A program made the position numbers and the translations under genes. From Nageia nagi (taxonomy: Eukaryota; Plantae; Pinophyta): a stretch of DNA of 64,000 bases. Of the stretch, positions 40,401 to 54,150 are shown piece after piece. The number at the start of each line of letters is the position of its first letter. The stretch's first letter is position 1. The stretch spans positions 67,270,001-67,334,000 of the forward strand of contig JBITNC010000001.1 in assembly GCA_050084985.1 (NCBI GenBank), in the 5' to 3' direction. Under the pieces are notes generated by a model. That model was given only the letters and a program-made list of their open reading frames with translations. It was not told the origin of the DNA and made no database searches.

Positions 40401-41485
40401 AATCAAATGATGGCAACCAAGAATATGTTGATATTTATGTGAAATACAATCATTACATGTTTGTATATTATGTAAAATTGAGTGATTTTATGTGTGAGGT
40501 TACATATGTAAGAAAAGATGAACAAAAATGGTTGATGAGAACCATTGCTATTAACATTGATAAAATATCAAAATAAGAAGATTTTTATGAAGGGGGAGTT
40601 TCTCATAAAAAGGAGACACTTAGTTATCTGCAAGAAATAGCAACATCAAAGATGGACGAGATCCCACACCAAAGATGGAAGGTGTGCCAGTGTGAATTCT
40701 TTGTGTGCTTTTCTTTCTTGTTGAAATATCAAAGGAAATGAAAATTATTAAGTTTTTTCTAAGTTTGTGATGCTTCTAAACTACTAGAAGAGTCCCTTCA
40801 ATATCAAGGGGGGAGAATGTTGGAATTAGAGCTCAATCAAAGACCATTGAAGTTGGAAATCAAACCAGTTGAAGATCAACTAGACTTGCAAAAATAGATT
40901 GGTAAAATTTGAGAAGGCAAAACTTTTTGTGGATACATCCAATTAAGCTAATTTGTTTTGCATTAGATAGTGCTCAAAGATACCTTTCTAAAAAGTAAGC
41001 ACATGCCTACCTTTGTTGAAGGTTTGACCATCATATTAGGCATTTTATGATAAGCTATCTAGTCTATTGCACCTCACCCCAAGCATAGTGCACTTAGTAA
41101 CTTATTTACTCAACACAATAAACCTAGTAGCCTATGCATGAAGTGTAATTCACCTCACCTGAAGCGCAGTGTGCCTCTCCTTTGTACCAGGTGTAGTGTA
41201 CCTAAAAATAGAGCCAGATGGGCTATTCTTAGCATATGTAGGACTATGATTTTTTATCTTCTAATTTAGATTAGATGTATCTATTTTGGATGCTAGTTTC
41301 GTCTAGTTGTTTTTTAGCATGTCAGGATATAATTAAAATATCTAGTTAGCTTTTTGGATTAAATTGTAACAAGTTGTGATCATGTAACTTGAGTTTATAT
41401 TTAATACAATCTATTTTTGGTTTTGTCCAAAACCTATATATGTAAGGATTTATTTTTTAAATTAATGAAAGTAGGATACTTCTTA
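37430..41485 (+). mobile_element. Complete non-autonomous LTR retrotransposon (copia-type gag, no pol; TR-GAG/LARD-like)
   Basis: LTRs 37430-38100 and 40818-41485, TSD GCTAT/GCTAT, degenerate Met PBS (TTGTATCATAG) after 38100, PPT TCAAGGGGGGAGAA 40804-40817; gag N-terminus IEIPKFYDKYYAYWIIRVKIFLMFKDLWSIVEGNYEEP at ~38330-38445. Confidence 0.92.
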
Positions 41486-42537
41486 GCTATTTTGAAAAAT
41501 AAGAACTGGGGTATAACATTCTTAATTACTTTTTCATAAAGAACTAAGCTTCGTTATTTCTAATGACCCACTTGTTGGAAGTGTGACCTTTCTTATCAAA
41601 AGCCTTTTCAACCAATGTTGAAATCTCTTTATATAAGCCAAACAACTAACAATAATGAGGGAGCACATAATTTTTAGAGGGTGCATCTATCCTATGCATC
41701 ATTCAAGGCATAAATATTGATAATTCCAAAATATATTTTACATACTTCTAGCAAAATATAGATTTCATGATGAGCAGAGTTAGTTCCCTAGGTGATAAGA
41801 TTATCTTTCCAATTATCAGCTAATAGAATGACAATGCCTCAATTACCATGAGGGTGATTAATTATGTACATTTGGTTTCTAGACCAAAAAAGAGAGCATG
41901 AAGATTGAAGGGTAAAATCAACTACTTTAACTTCTTGCAAACAAATAAAATCAAGATGACCATAAATGAATAGTAACCATGGCAAAATCATCATTGTTTA
42001 AAACTTTATTTTTTGAGTAAAAGACACTTTTATATGAAATCTTAAAAAGTCCATTTTATAGATTCTTATGTATTTATCGTAGATCTCTTATGTGATCATC
42101 ACATATATCTTATTCACTTGAATGTGTTCTTCAATCTTCTAAAATTATCTTTCTTTTCTTCATAATCTAATCTTGTGTTAGATCTAAAGATTTGTTTTGG
42201 AATGTTTAAAACTTAAATGATTTATATATGTAATTAAGGTGATATTGGCAGTATTTATAATTTTTTTTGTATTTTTGAGGCAAATAACTATGAAAGTAAA
42301 GGTTGACCATATGGGCAATTCATGATTGGAATTAAATTGTTATTTTTTTTGGGTGATGGGATACATAAAATTAATACCCACCCATAAGTTTTAGGGATAA
42401 TGGCACCCCTTCCGAGGGTCCAAGAATTAATTGCTAGGAAAAATACTGGTACCATTAGATTGGGTCCATCACCCCTCTAACATTACAAGGAAAGAATCAT
42501 TTTGGTAGGTCTATGAGCATACCTCCATTTTCCTCGT

Positions 42538-45500
42538 TGACATGATTAAGATTGGAAAGCATTTAAAAAGAGTTACTCGCAAAACTTTCCTAAGCATTAT
42601 GGAGGAAACCAGTTTGCCTATGCCAATCTACCTAAGCTAGAATAATTTCTTGAGAAGGGCTATGAGACCACTAACCTTCTACTCAAGTGTGAAACCCTTG
42701 TACTGCCTCTATTTGTTCAATGAATAAAGACACAAGGAGGAGTCCCTCTTCATTAGGAAGGTCTCATGATTCTGTCAAGAAAGATGAGGCTGGCAAAGAA
42801 GGAGCTTGTAAATCCAACAAAGGCTTGAGGGCTATCACTTAGATGTAAATTGAATAGGATTGACCCATATTTCCTATCTTTTTCGCATTTCCTTTCTTGT
42901 TAGACACTATTTTCCACTCCTCCTAGTTCCCTCTAGTGGGTTGAACTTGAGTGGTAGGAGATGGAGCAGAAGGAGATGAACTTTTGGCTTTAAATTTTTC
43001 TACCATTAGGGGGAAATCTTTAATTTTGTGAGCAATTGATTGACACCTATAATAGGTTTTGGGGAGGTTGACATACACCACCAGGTGGCATAAATGGGTA
43101 TCCCTCATCTAAATATCAATATACTCTCTTAGATATTTTGCAAGATTAACTTTAACATATATTTGGTAGGTTGGTTGAGCTACATGGAAAAAGACCAATT
43201 CATCATAAAGAAAATATCTTATAAGAGAAGCCAAATTTCACAAGAAGGACCACACAACCAAAGGGAGTCCTGGGAAATTAACCCACACTAGGATAAAAAG
43301 TGAGACATCATTAGAGACATTGAAATCCCTAGACCATGTCTGGAAGACAATAAGGGTGCTATGGAAATAAAATGGGCCTTTTGTTGAGAACTTAATGTTG
43401 AACTTTTGTAGGTTCAGAAAAATGAAAATGGAAAAAACTTTTTGTAAGGTTTTCCACATGCTCAACCTAGATGTCGTAAGGGTGCCAATATTGTTCTATC
43501 TAGTTCTTAAGAATAGAATCAAAGGGGATATGTTTGAAGAAATAACCTATTAAGGTGTAGCTTTTAAGCCACTCACAGACTTGATTAAAGTCATTCACAT
43601 GAATAACAAGGTTAGGAGAGGAATTACCTTGTGGAACACCTTAAGGAATGTTTGATATATAATACAAAGATAAGAAATCTCCCACACTTTCTTAAAAAGA
43701 ATGGTACGAAAAATCTGAAAATTCTAACAGTACATGCAGCTCGGCTCTTTCTCCAAGCTTTTTCTTTATACATGTTACATTTTATCCTCTACTGAACATG
43801 TCAGCTATTGATTTGAAAGGAGGAGGATTTTTGGGGTATCAACGGCTTATCCATAGCTATTTCTCCGCATAGCTCCCATTATGATGGATATTTGTTGTGA
43901 TCTTTATCTGTTGTGAGGGTGGGTAAGCGTTATATATCATCGCTCCTTGGATTAAAAGATTGGTCATTTCAATCTATTGTGTGGGATGTGCTCCATGTCT
44001 TGGCATTGTCGACAAGGGGAAATGGCTTGTATGCCTTCACAACTTCGCTGGATTGTAGAAGATTCGAGGGGCTCCACATGTCTCCCATCGATAGCATTTG
44101 CTTGCGTGAAGCACTCACGTGTAGCCCCTCGTTTCCTCATGAAATCCTTGCGGAAATGCGAGGGCTTCACATCCTCCGATTGGTTAACTCTTTGGAATCT
44201 CTATGCATTCACGAGATACAACCAGAATTTACATCTATCATTGAAAAACATCCACTCTTTAAGAGACTCTATGCATGCTTGGGATTTAGAGTTCTGGTTG
44301 TTGTCACATTATTCACAGATTCTATTGTGGGAGAAGTGTTAGGAGAGATATTCTGGGGAGGATAATTCGGATTAGAATAGGAAGGGATAATCTCCTTCGT
44401 TCAACTTGGATTAGGAAGAAAGCATCAGGTTCGCATGTTTGAACTTCAGAACTTTGAACGATGTTACGTTGAAGACCCCATTCTCAAATTCATTTCAAAC
44501 ATGGCAAAATTTTTGGATATAGGATTTACTCATTCCTCATGGGAATTCAACAGATCACCATTTCGAAGAGGACAAATCGACAGAGTGGGTGTTTTCAAGA
44601 ATGGCATTTGATCGAATATAAGCTCAGATTGTTCTGTGCTCCCACAACATTACAACATATATTATCTTATACATTTTTGAGAATAGTGAAAGAGCATTGC
44701 TTACATCTTTTTATTTTTTGAAGTATTAATCATAAGATTCATTAATTGGTTGGTCAGTTTTACTAAGATTCTTATTTAGAATCTAGTGGATTTCATTATT
44801 GTGTAGTACAATCAATAGGATATAATTTTATTAAATTACTATAGATTGATTTTTTTTTTCTAAGGATAATGTTTTCAATTGCATTGAAGATGGTGATAAC
44901 AATGCCTATTTGTTTGCATAGATTAGAGTAGACTATTTTAGATTTTACAATTTCTTTTTATTTATTTATTCATAGTTTAGTTAGAATTATATATTTTCTA
45001 TGAATAAACATATATAACATAGTATTACCATAAATTTGTGAGAACTTTATATTGACAATCAATATGGGATTAAAAACTCTTATCATCTATAGTGTATTTT
45101 AAAGCATCTTAAATAAAATTTATATTTATCTATTTATTTTATAGTTTATATTAACATAGTCATAACTTTAATATTTATATCTATTGATTTTAGAAGAATG
45201 AATCCTCCTCTTCTTTCTTCTACTTGAAAATCTAGTTTTTGAGGATAGAGGAGATGAAATTGGTTTAACTTAATTTTGTTTATTAAAGTCTAAAAATTAA
45301 ATTATATTTAAGTTCAAAATTGTAATTTAGAAATATATTAATGTCCATTGGTCATCAAAGATTGGGACTTTAAGGTACTTAGACTTTACAAAACAACAAC
45401 AAATAAAAACAAAAATAAATGAATAGTGTAATACATGATGTATGAATTGTTTAAGTCAAGGATCACTCCCAACATTCAAGGATGAAAATAAGTGACTGAT

Positions 45501-47293
45501 GTAGGAGTTTAGTAATATTGTGGATGATTTTTGTTGTAGTCCTATGATAAATTGATCTTATTTTATCTCTATGATCACCCTGACACTTCCTAGTTGAGGC
45601 TCATTGAAGTTAGAAGAAGGAAGCGATGAGTATGATTCTAGTGCTCTGTTGTGAGTTGTTACTAAGCAAGACTCTTTTAAGATTGGATACTTCCTAGATG
45701 ACATGATTAAGATTGGAAAGCATTTAAAAAGAGTTACTCGCAAAACTTTCCTAAGCATTATGGAGGAAACTAGTTTGCCTATGCCAATCTACCTAAGCTA
45801 GAATAATTTCTTGAGAAGGGCTATGAGACCACTAACCTTCTACTCAGGTGTGAAACCCTTGTACTGCCTCTATTTGTTCAATGAATAAAGACACAAGGAG
45901 GAGTCCCTCTTCATTAGGAAGGTCTCATGATTCTGTCAAGAAAGATGAGGCTGGCAAAGAAGGAGCTTGTAAATCCAACAAAGGCTTGAGGGCTATCACT
46001 AAGATGTAAATTGAATAGGATTGACCCATATTTCCTATCTTTTTCGCATTTCCTTTCTTGTTAGACACTATTTTCCACTCCTAGTTCCCTCTAGTAGGTT
46101 GAACTTGAGTGGTAGGAGATGGAGCAGAAGGAGATGAACTTTTGGCTTTAAATTTTTCTACCATTAGGGGGAAATCTTTAATTTTGTGAGCAATTGATTG
46201 ACACCTATAATAGGTTTTGGGGAGGTTGACATACACCACCAGGTGGCATAAATGGGTATCCCTCATCTAAATATCAATATACTCTCTTAGATATTTTGCA
46301 AGATTAACTTTAACATATATTTGGTAGGTTGGTTGAGCTACATGGAAAAAGACCAATTCATCATAAAGAAAATATCTTATAAGAGAAGCCAAATTTCACA
46401 AGAAGGACCACACAACCAAAGGGAGCCCTGGGAAATTAACCCACACTAGGATAAAAAGTGAGACATCATTAGAGACATTGAAATCCCTAGACCATGTCTG
46501 GAAGACAATAAGGGTGCTATGGAAATAAAATGGGCCTTTTGTTGAGAACTTAATGTTGAACTTTCGTAGGTTCAGAAAAATGAAAATGGAAAAAACCTTT
46601 TGTAAGGTTTTCCACATGCTCAACCTAGATGTCGTAAGGGTGCCAATATTGTTCTATCTAGTTCTTAAGAATAGAATCAAAGGGGATATGTTTGAGGAAA
46701 TAACCTATTAAGGTGTAGCTTTTAAGCCACTCACAGACTTGATTAAAGTCATTCACATGAATAACAAGGTTAGGAGAGGAATTACCTTGTGGAACACCTT
46801 AAGGATTATTTGATATATAATACAAAGATAAGAAATCTCCCACACTTTCTTAAAAAGAATGGTACGAAGAATCTGAAAATTCTAACAGTACATGCAGCTC
46901 GGCTCTTTCTCCAAGCTTTTTCTTTATACATGTTACATTTTATCCTCTACTGAACATGTCAGCTATTGATTTGAAAGGAGGAGGATTTTTGGGGTATCAA
47001 CGGCTTATCCATAGCTATTTCTCCGCATAGCTCCCATTATGATGGATATTTGTTGTGATCTTTATCTGTTGTGAGGGTGGGTAAGCGTTATATATCATCG
47101 CTCCTTGGATTAAAAGATTGGTCATTTCAATCTATTGTGTGGGATGTGCTCCATGTCTTGGCATTGTCGACAAGGGGGAATGGCTTGTATGCCTTCACAA
47201 CTTCGCTGGATTGTGGAAGATTCGAGGGGCTCCACATGTCTCCCATCGCTAGCATTTGCTTGCGTGAAGCACTCACGTGTAGCCCCTCGTTTC
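42538..47293 (+). repeat. Recent ~1.6 kb direct duplication (42538-44135 and 45699-47293)
   Basis: Near-identical copies (about 15 differences counted by eye); duplicated ORFs 42923/46081, 43238/46396 and 43913/47071. Confidence 0.95.
43730..44700. other. CpG-retaining, coding-like segment of unknown origin
   Basis: Higher GC and many CpGs; overlapping 150-aa and 121-aa ORFs with no recognisable domain. Confidence 0.4.
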
Positions 47294-47419
47294 ATATTGT
47301 TGGGATGATGATTTCTTCACCTATTATCAAATGATTTTGGACCTTTAATAGTATTATCCCACCCTTGCCCAACTTTGGAGATACATTACCTTGCATGTTA
47401 GATAACAATAGACCACCAA

Positions 47420-50400
47420 CTTAGGTGAGAGGTTGTTACTTGCCTCCTCCTAAAAGGATTAACTTCCCCATGGTCAAATAAGAATGATAAATTATTAAAA
47501 AGTGAAATGTCGAAAAGGAGATGTCTCTTTTGTTAATCTATGTGCTTAAGGTGAAACCAATCAAATATTTTAGTAGCTATCTCACATTTATTTAAGGGCT
47601 CATAGATATTTTATTATGAAACAATTGTATGAATTTGAATCTTATTTTTTGAACACTTTAAATAAATCAAAATTAAGAACAAGACTTTTAATGCACCAAA
47701 TAAAATGAAAATCTAATATAATATTTTATTAAAAAGGAGAAAATGAAGTTAAAGATTTAAGAAAATAAAAAAAAATGGTGCAAGCTATGCATTCTCTAGA
47801 TTTAACTCTTCTAAATTTGATATTATTCTTTACTTGATCCAAACTTAGTTGGTTTACAAGTACTAGTAAAAGTATAAATAAAATATGAGGAAAAGTTTAA
47901 GCATATATTTTGTATTGAATGTCATAGAAGTACATGATCTAAAATATATTTTTGGCTTAGCCTCAAGAGAAGCCACCAAATATAATTATCCCTAAGCTAA
48001 AACATAAAAAAAATGTTCAACACTATTATAGAGAATGATAAATTCAAATTTTTTCCAATAGAATTAATATGGGAAGGAACTTAGCAAAGAAGATTTTGGT
48101 AATCGACTTTCAACAACCCTTACAATGATCATTTGATATGCTTATGTAACATTCATTTTTTATTTGGATGCAACTAGGATTAGTAGCATTTAATGCAAAG
48201 ACTATTGGATTTTAATTAATTATATTTTAGACAACTAAGTGAACTTCTGTTATTGTAGGGTCTATCAACATTATAAATCTTCTTGATATGTTATATGATT
48301 GACATATTTAATCAATAATATGATCTTAGCATTAAATTTTTATGAGATATTTTTTTTTTCTAGCATGTTCAAAAGTTTGGTGAACTTATTCTCTATATGT
48401 TTATCAACTTTAATAAATTCCTAATTTTTCTTCTTAATAATAAATTTTTATTTACAATTGAATTTAAGAATTCAATTTTGTTGGTATTTAGTTCTCTTTT
48501 TAATGTACTTCTATCACATATTGTCTTTATTATCATAATCAAAATTTTAATCTTGTGCATTTATTTCCAAGATATCTACAACTACTTAAAAGAAATATTA
48601 GTTACATAAAAATAAAATTGAATGTTTACTTGTCTATATTTTATTTAGTTTCCACCATAATCCTTGTAAGTATTATCCTTGATAACTCAATTACTAATAT
48701 ATGTCCACAATCCATGTTTATATATTAATTGATAAATAAGAGTTGATCAATCCTAACTATATGGCCATGTAATATTTTGAAATACTAATTAAAGAATGTA
48801 CAATGCAAAAAAAAAAAAAATTCCTATGCAAGCTAAAAGTAAAAGTGAACAATAGGACATGCAATCTAGTGTTGCAAGATCTCTAATGATAGCATCTATT
48901 GTTAAGGATGGAAATCAATACTTAAAATGCATGAATGATTATTATTGTATTACACTTATAATGAAACACTATACATGTATGGTTAACCCTATTGACCATG
49001 TTGGGCATCTAGATGAAGCAAAATCATATGAAAAATAGTGTGCCAATAAAATGTGATGCAATTATGATACTACCTAGAAATCAAATTTGTTTTTTGAAGC
49101 TTCCAACTTATCTACTTATTTCTCTTTGTCTATTTCTACTTTCTAACCTTTTATCAATACATAAATTTGATATTTATTTAATTAATAATTATATTTTAGG
49201 TGTCTAAGTATTAAATCAATTTAATTCTTTATTTTTCCATTATTATGGAAAAAAGTATAACTTCACTCCTTTGTATCCATTTGGTGAAATGTCTAAGAAG
49301 TTCTAGCAAAACAGGTGTCATAAGTGAGAAGGTGTTACTCACCTCCTAAAACCTGAAAAGGATTAACTACTCCAAGGTTTATTAATAATGATAACAATTA
49401 AAAATTGAAATATCGTGAAAGATGTGTCTATTTTGTTAATCTATGTGCCTAAGGTGAAACCACTCATAAGGTTTTAGTAGCTATCTCACAATCATATAAG
49501 GGATCACATATATTTTATTATTTAACAATATTATGAATTTGAATCTTATTTTTTGAACACTTTAAAATAAATAAGATTAATAACAAGACTTTTAATGACC
49601 AAAAAAATAAAAATATAATATAATCTATTGTTAAAAAGGATAAAATTTTTTTTTATAAAAATAAACCAAAATGGTGCATACCATACATTGTCTAGATTTA
49701 ACTCTTCTAAATTTGATAGAATTCTTTGCTTGGTATAGACTCAATCATTCTACAAGTACTAGTAAAAGTAGAAGTAAAAGACAAGGAAATGTTTAAGCAC
49801 ATAATTACAACAAGAGGTATTCTACAATGGTAGCTAGGGGGAGAGTAAGGACCCAAATATCTAACTATCAAACTTTCTCAAAGAATAAAAATGAAAATTG
49901 ATCGACTAGAATAATTTTAATATTATAAAAATTAACTCTGATAAATTTAGATTTATTATAGTTTGACTATATTTAAAAAATAATTCAAACAAGTAAAATA
50001 GGAAGTTAAATAATTAAATATTTTATAAAATTAATAAGAATGAATCGACATTAACAATTATTCTATAACTCCTTTTTCCACATTTAATTTTTGTTTTATA
50101 TTTAATTCTTCGTATGGAATGTTTAATATTTTTTATTAAAATGTGTAAGATATTTATTTCATTTTATTTATAGTTTCTATTATCTTTTTATTTAATAATG
50201 TTTTATGTAAGGTATAAAGATATTTAAGATATATGCCTCAATAATGATACCTCTTGGAGTTTCTTAGATATATATTAAAGATATCTAAATTAGTTTACAT
50301 TGAATGTTATAAAAGTACACATGATCTAGAATACATTTTTGGCTTGACCTCAAAACAACCACCAAAGATAATTTTTCCTAAGCTAAAATATTAAAAAAAA

Positions 50401-50430
50401 AAGTGCTCAACAATATTATAGAGAATGGTA
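47420..50430 (+). repeat. Diverged AT-rich direct repeat (47420-48045 vs 49320-49800 plus 50296-50430), second copy split by a ~490 bp insertion
   Basis: Shared blocks such as TTTTGTTAATCTATGTGC.TAAGGTGAAACCA, GAATTTGAATCTTATTTTTTGAACACTTTAAA and CATGATCTA.AATA.ATTTTTGGCTT. Confidence 0.8.
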
Positions 50431-50469
50431 TTTAAAAAGTTCCCAACAATATTATCTGAGGTTTTTTAT

Positions 50470-53400
50470 TTTTATCTCTATGGATGTGGGTCCTCCAATC
50501 AAGCATTTTGGGATTTTTTTATTTTTATATTTATGGATAACCATTTAGGATTATAAACATTTAAGCCTCCAATCATGGTATGAATATATGTGTGATATGG
50601 AATTGGATATCATTGTCTTTACCCCAATCTATTTCAATTTTTTATGATGAATACAATATTATTATAAAGAAGGAAGATAAGGTGGGTCACCTTCCTATGC
50701 ATTGATGCATCAACGAGCAATATGCATGGTTATTTATGAAAAATAATAATGTGTTTCTTATTCTTCAACCAAGGACTTAATTGAGTTTCTCTAGTTCACC
50801 TTATCCAAAATTCAATTTGGAGGTGATGTATTTTAAAAAGGTTAGACCATATAATGGTCATTCACCACTTTGACTTTGTTGTTCATAATGTTCCCTACTC
50901 ATCTCTTCCTATGGTAGCAAGTCAAGGTAACATGATATCTAATGAAATGGCCATTATTTTTAATATTGTATCCTATTTACAACTTCCCAAGCATGTTTTC
51001 TCTCAATCTTATTTCAATGTTTCCTTTATTCAACATCCAATCATTGTAGCTTATATTTGTATAGTCTAAAACATTGTTCCAAGTCCCTTTAAATGGACAA
51101 TTTGGATAGAGTTCTGGAATGATGCAATTTTTTGAACTACTTTTATTTTGAGAGTCCTTGAGGATAAGTTATCTAGGCTTCATAAATAATCTAATAATTC
51201 CTTAGAGAAGAGCTTACTAGGGCATCAATTCAACTTGAATTCAATCAAATGAGCATTCTTCTACAATAACACATTATAGTTATAAGGCATGATCTTAGGA
51301 AGATTGAGATATATGAAGCTAAAGGTACCCAAATTTGTTCCCACATGCATTATCTTAAAATTAGAGATAAGATCTCCAAGGAATATTTTCAGAATTTAAT
51401 ACTACCAACACCAAATGTGCAATTCAAATCCATTATGAACTCAAGTGTAAGAGTCGTAGATCCTCTTGATATTGCTAATTTTTTAAATTAAATATTATCA
51501 GTAAGTGTTTGCCTCTCAAGAGGTAACTCTTGATAGATAAGATATCATTTTTAAGCATTACAGTGTAGTCCCTAAGAAGCTATCACCATCTTAAAAAGAA
51601 TCCCGATGTTTCCCTCTCTCTCTTGTGGACTTAGAATAGACTCTTTCCTATATGGAAAATGAAAATGATCCTTGGTTGGATGATTTTCCTTGCATATTTT
51701 ATAAAGGGATTTAGGATGTGGTTGGCTCATACCTTCTTTATTTCTATTAAGAGGGTATGATAAAGGGCTCTTTGGGTTAGATGATTAATAAGGTAACATT
51801 AAGTTTATTCCAAAATATAAAGATCTCAAAATCATCACAAACTAGATGCCTATTATTTTGTTAAATATGAGCTACAATATTATAACAAAATCTTTAGCTT
51901 TGATATTCAGGCCTTTGCTCCCCTTGATTGTTTGACCTCAAAAAATATACTTTATTCATAATAGGTACATTCTTGATAATGTAATTATTATTTGGTTATC
52001 TATGGAATGGGCTCAAGCTTCTCAATAAGAAGAATTGTTCATCAAAATAGACTTTGAAATATACTAGGAAAAAATTGAATGGCATTTCATTCTTATCATG
52101 CTCACCTCAATTTTGGCCCTAGTTTTCTTAATTATGTTCAAATGCTTTCAAACATGCCTCAATGGTTCTTACACTTGATGGCATTCAAAAAAAATATCAT
52201 TGAACCTTTTAGATCAATAAGGTAGGGATATCCTCTTGCTCCCTCTTTATATGTGCTTGTTGTGGAATCCTTTAACTATTTACTAGCTAATAAAGCCTCT
52301 TAGGGCTTGGTCCATGGAATTTCACTTCCAGGTAATCATAGGAATCTAATTAATGGATATTTTGTAGATGAATCTTTCCTTACCTCAAAGGAAGATACTA
52401 AGTCATTGTCTCAAATGCCATCCTACTTTGACACCTTCTGTATAGCTTTAAGTTCAAGTATTCAATGGGGAAAGAATTCACGTTATAGATAATCCCCTAA
52501 GGATATTCCAAAGTGACTCACTTCTTTTCAATGGTAATGGATTAAACCAATTAATATGCTTAAATTATTAGGCATTCCCTTTGATTTTCAAAGCAAATTG
52601 ACCATTTATGGGACTACATTAGTCAAAGAGTTGAAAAAAGTATCTTATTGGGTCTCTAAAAAGTTATCCCTTGCTAGTAAATTTCAAATTTGCTCAAAAA
52701 TTCTTACTTTGGCTCATGTTTATTATTCTTCTTGGTGGGTGTTATCACAATCTTATTATAAGAAGCTTGAATATCTACTCAGATATTTCTTATTGTCCAA
52801 CACTAAGAAAAAAAATACTCCAATAAAGTAGCTTAGGAATTTTGTTGCCTTCCCAAAAGCTAAAGGGGCATACGATTTTTTGACTTTCAATAATAAGGTC
52901 TCACCTTGACTACTAAATGGGTCATTAGATATTTGAAGTACTTAGAGTTATGAAATGTCTTAAGCCATCAGTATATATCTCAAGGACCATCTTTTGGTAA
53001 AATAATGTTGGCAAGGTCTTCACTAAGATTCAATTATTGTAGCCCTAGACCTTGTTAAGATTCTAAGCTCCTTTTCCATCAAAGTATCTACAAGGATTCG
53101 GAGGATGTCAAACTGTGACTCTAATAGAAAGGATTAAGTCATTGCAAAAGATCCTCCCTAGCTTCTCTTTATGTGTCATGGTTCAAACTGGTTGTTACAT
53201 TCCAAGACTTTCCCTTGGCTAGAATCCAATGGGTTCACACTTAAATATTTTTTAAGAAAGGAATCTCATCCATTTATAATTTCTTGAGTTACTCTTCTAG
53301 ATATTGGATCCCCTAAGAATATTTTAGACAAATTCATGTATTGAAGTATGAAGATAAATATACTTATGACATGGTAACTAATTATACCCCCTTCTCTTTT

Positions 53401-53572
53401 TGGCCCAAGCTCGGGCATCAAGCTCAATGTCCATGGTGGATAGAGTGGAAATATTTAAAGGCATTCCTTTATTCAATTACAAAGTAAAACACAAGTATTG
53501 TTTCTCTCACCTCACTTACCCATGGTTCTTGTATATGCATACATAGCCCAACACCCTAGTGGCTTCTCACCA
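50470..53572 (+). mobile_element. Degenerate L1-type LINE ORF2
   Basis: RT motifs RYILDNV, FIKIDFE, GYPLAPSLYV, GYFVDESFL, KLLGIPF (52556), KKLSLASKFQICSKIL; truncated by the Gypsy element. Confidence 0.85.
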
Positions 53573-53663
53573 TGTATTGTCCTTACTTGTCTAAAATAAG
53601 AGTGTTTCAACAAGCTTTTGGATAATTTTGATGAGATAATGCACTAATTATAGTAATTTTCAA

Positions 53664-54150
53664 GACATAAGAAGGGAGTGATATCAATAGAGTAGAGGCT
53701 CATCTAAAATCAGACCTTGAGGGCAGTGATGTCAACAAGTAGTGTTAAAAGTTCCATGGTGACTAAGTGTTTTGGGAAATAAAAGAGCATTGATGTCAAC
53801 AAAGTAGAGGCTCATCTAAAACTAGACCCCAAGAGCAATGATGTTAGCAAGTAGTGTTAAAAGTTCCATAGAGACTAAGTGTTTTGGGGCATAAAAGGAA
53901 GTGATGTCAATAGAGTATAGGCTCATATAAAACCAAACCCCAGGAGTAATGATGTCAACAAGTAGTGTTAAAAGTTTCACGATGGCTAAGTATTTTAGGA
54001 CATAAAAAGGGAGTGATGTTAATAGAATAGAGACTCATATAAAATTAGACCTCAAGAGCAGTGACATTAGGAAGTAGTGTTAAAAGTTTCATGATGGCTA
54101 AGTTAGTTGATTTTGGAGCATGAAAGAATTTAACATTAGCAAAGTAAAGT
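53664..54150 (+). repeat. Tandem array, ~4.3 copies of a ~112-bp unit in the putative LTR
   Basis: Units start ~53664, 53777, 53889, 53999 and 54117; each has two GTGATGTCAA sub-repeats and AAGTAGTGTTAAAAGTT. Confidence 0.9.

Larger units (their letters stand above)
33800..43700 (-). mobile_element. Degenerate L1-type LINE split by the 37430-41485 LTR element
   Basis: RT (35758-36159 KNDFQKAYDHIEW..GFPLAPS), endonuclease remnants ~37100-37429 and 41491-41990, ORF1 with DUF4283/zinc-knuckle-like motifs (43238-43465 VWVNFPGLPL; 42923-43108 YRCQSIAHKIKDFP). Confidence 0.8.

Noticed and set aside
43913-44365. Weak resemblance of RLVNSLESLCI to a terpene synthase motif
   Set aside because: Too short and no other terpene synthase motifs in frame.
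49811-50256. Possible MITE with CAAGAGGTAT/ATACCTCTTG inverted ends
   Set aside because: Only 10 bp, no TSD found, and the ends do not coincide exactly with the insertion boundaries.
53664-54150. Regularly spaced repeats resembling a CRISPR array
   Set aside because: Whole units are homologous with no unique spacers; eukaryotic retroelement context and no cas genes.
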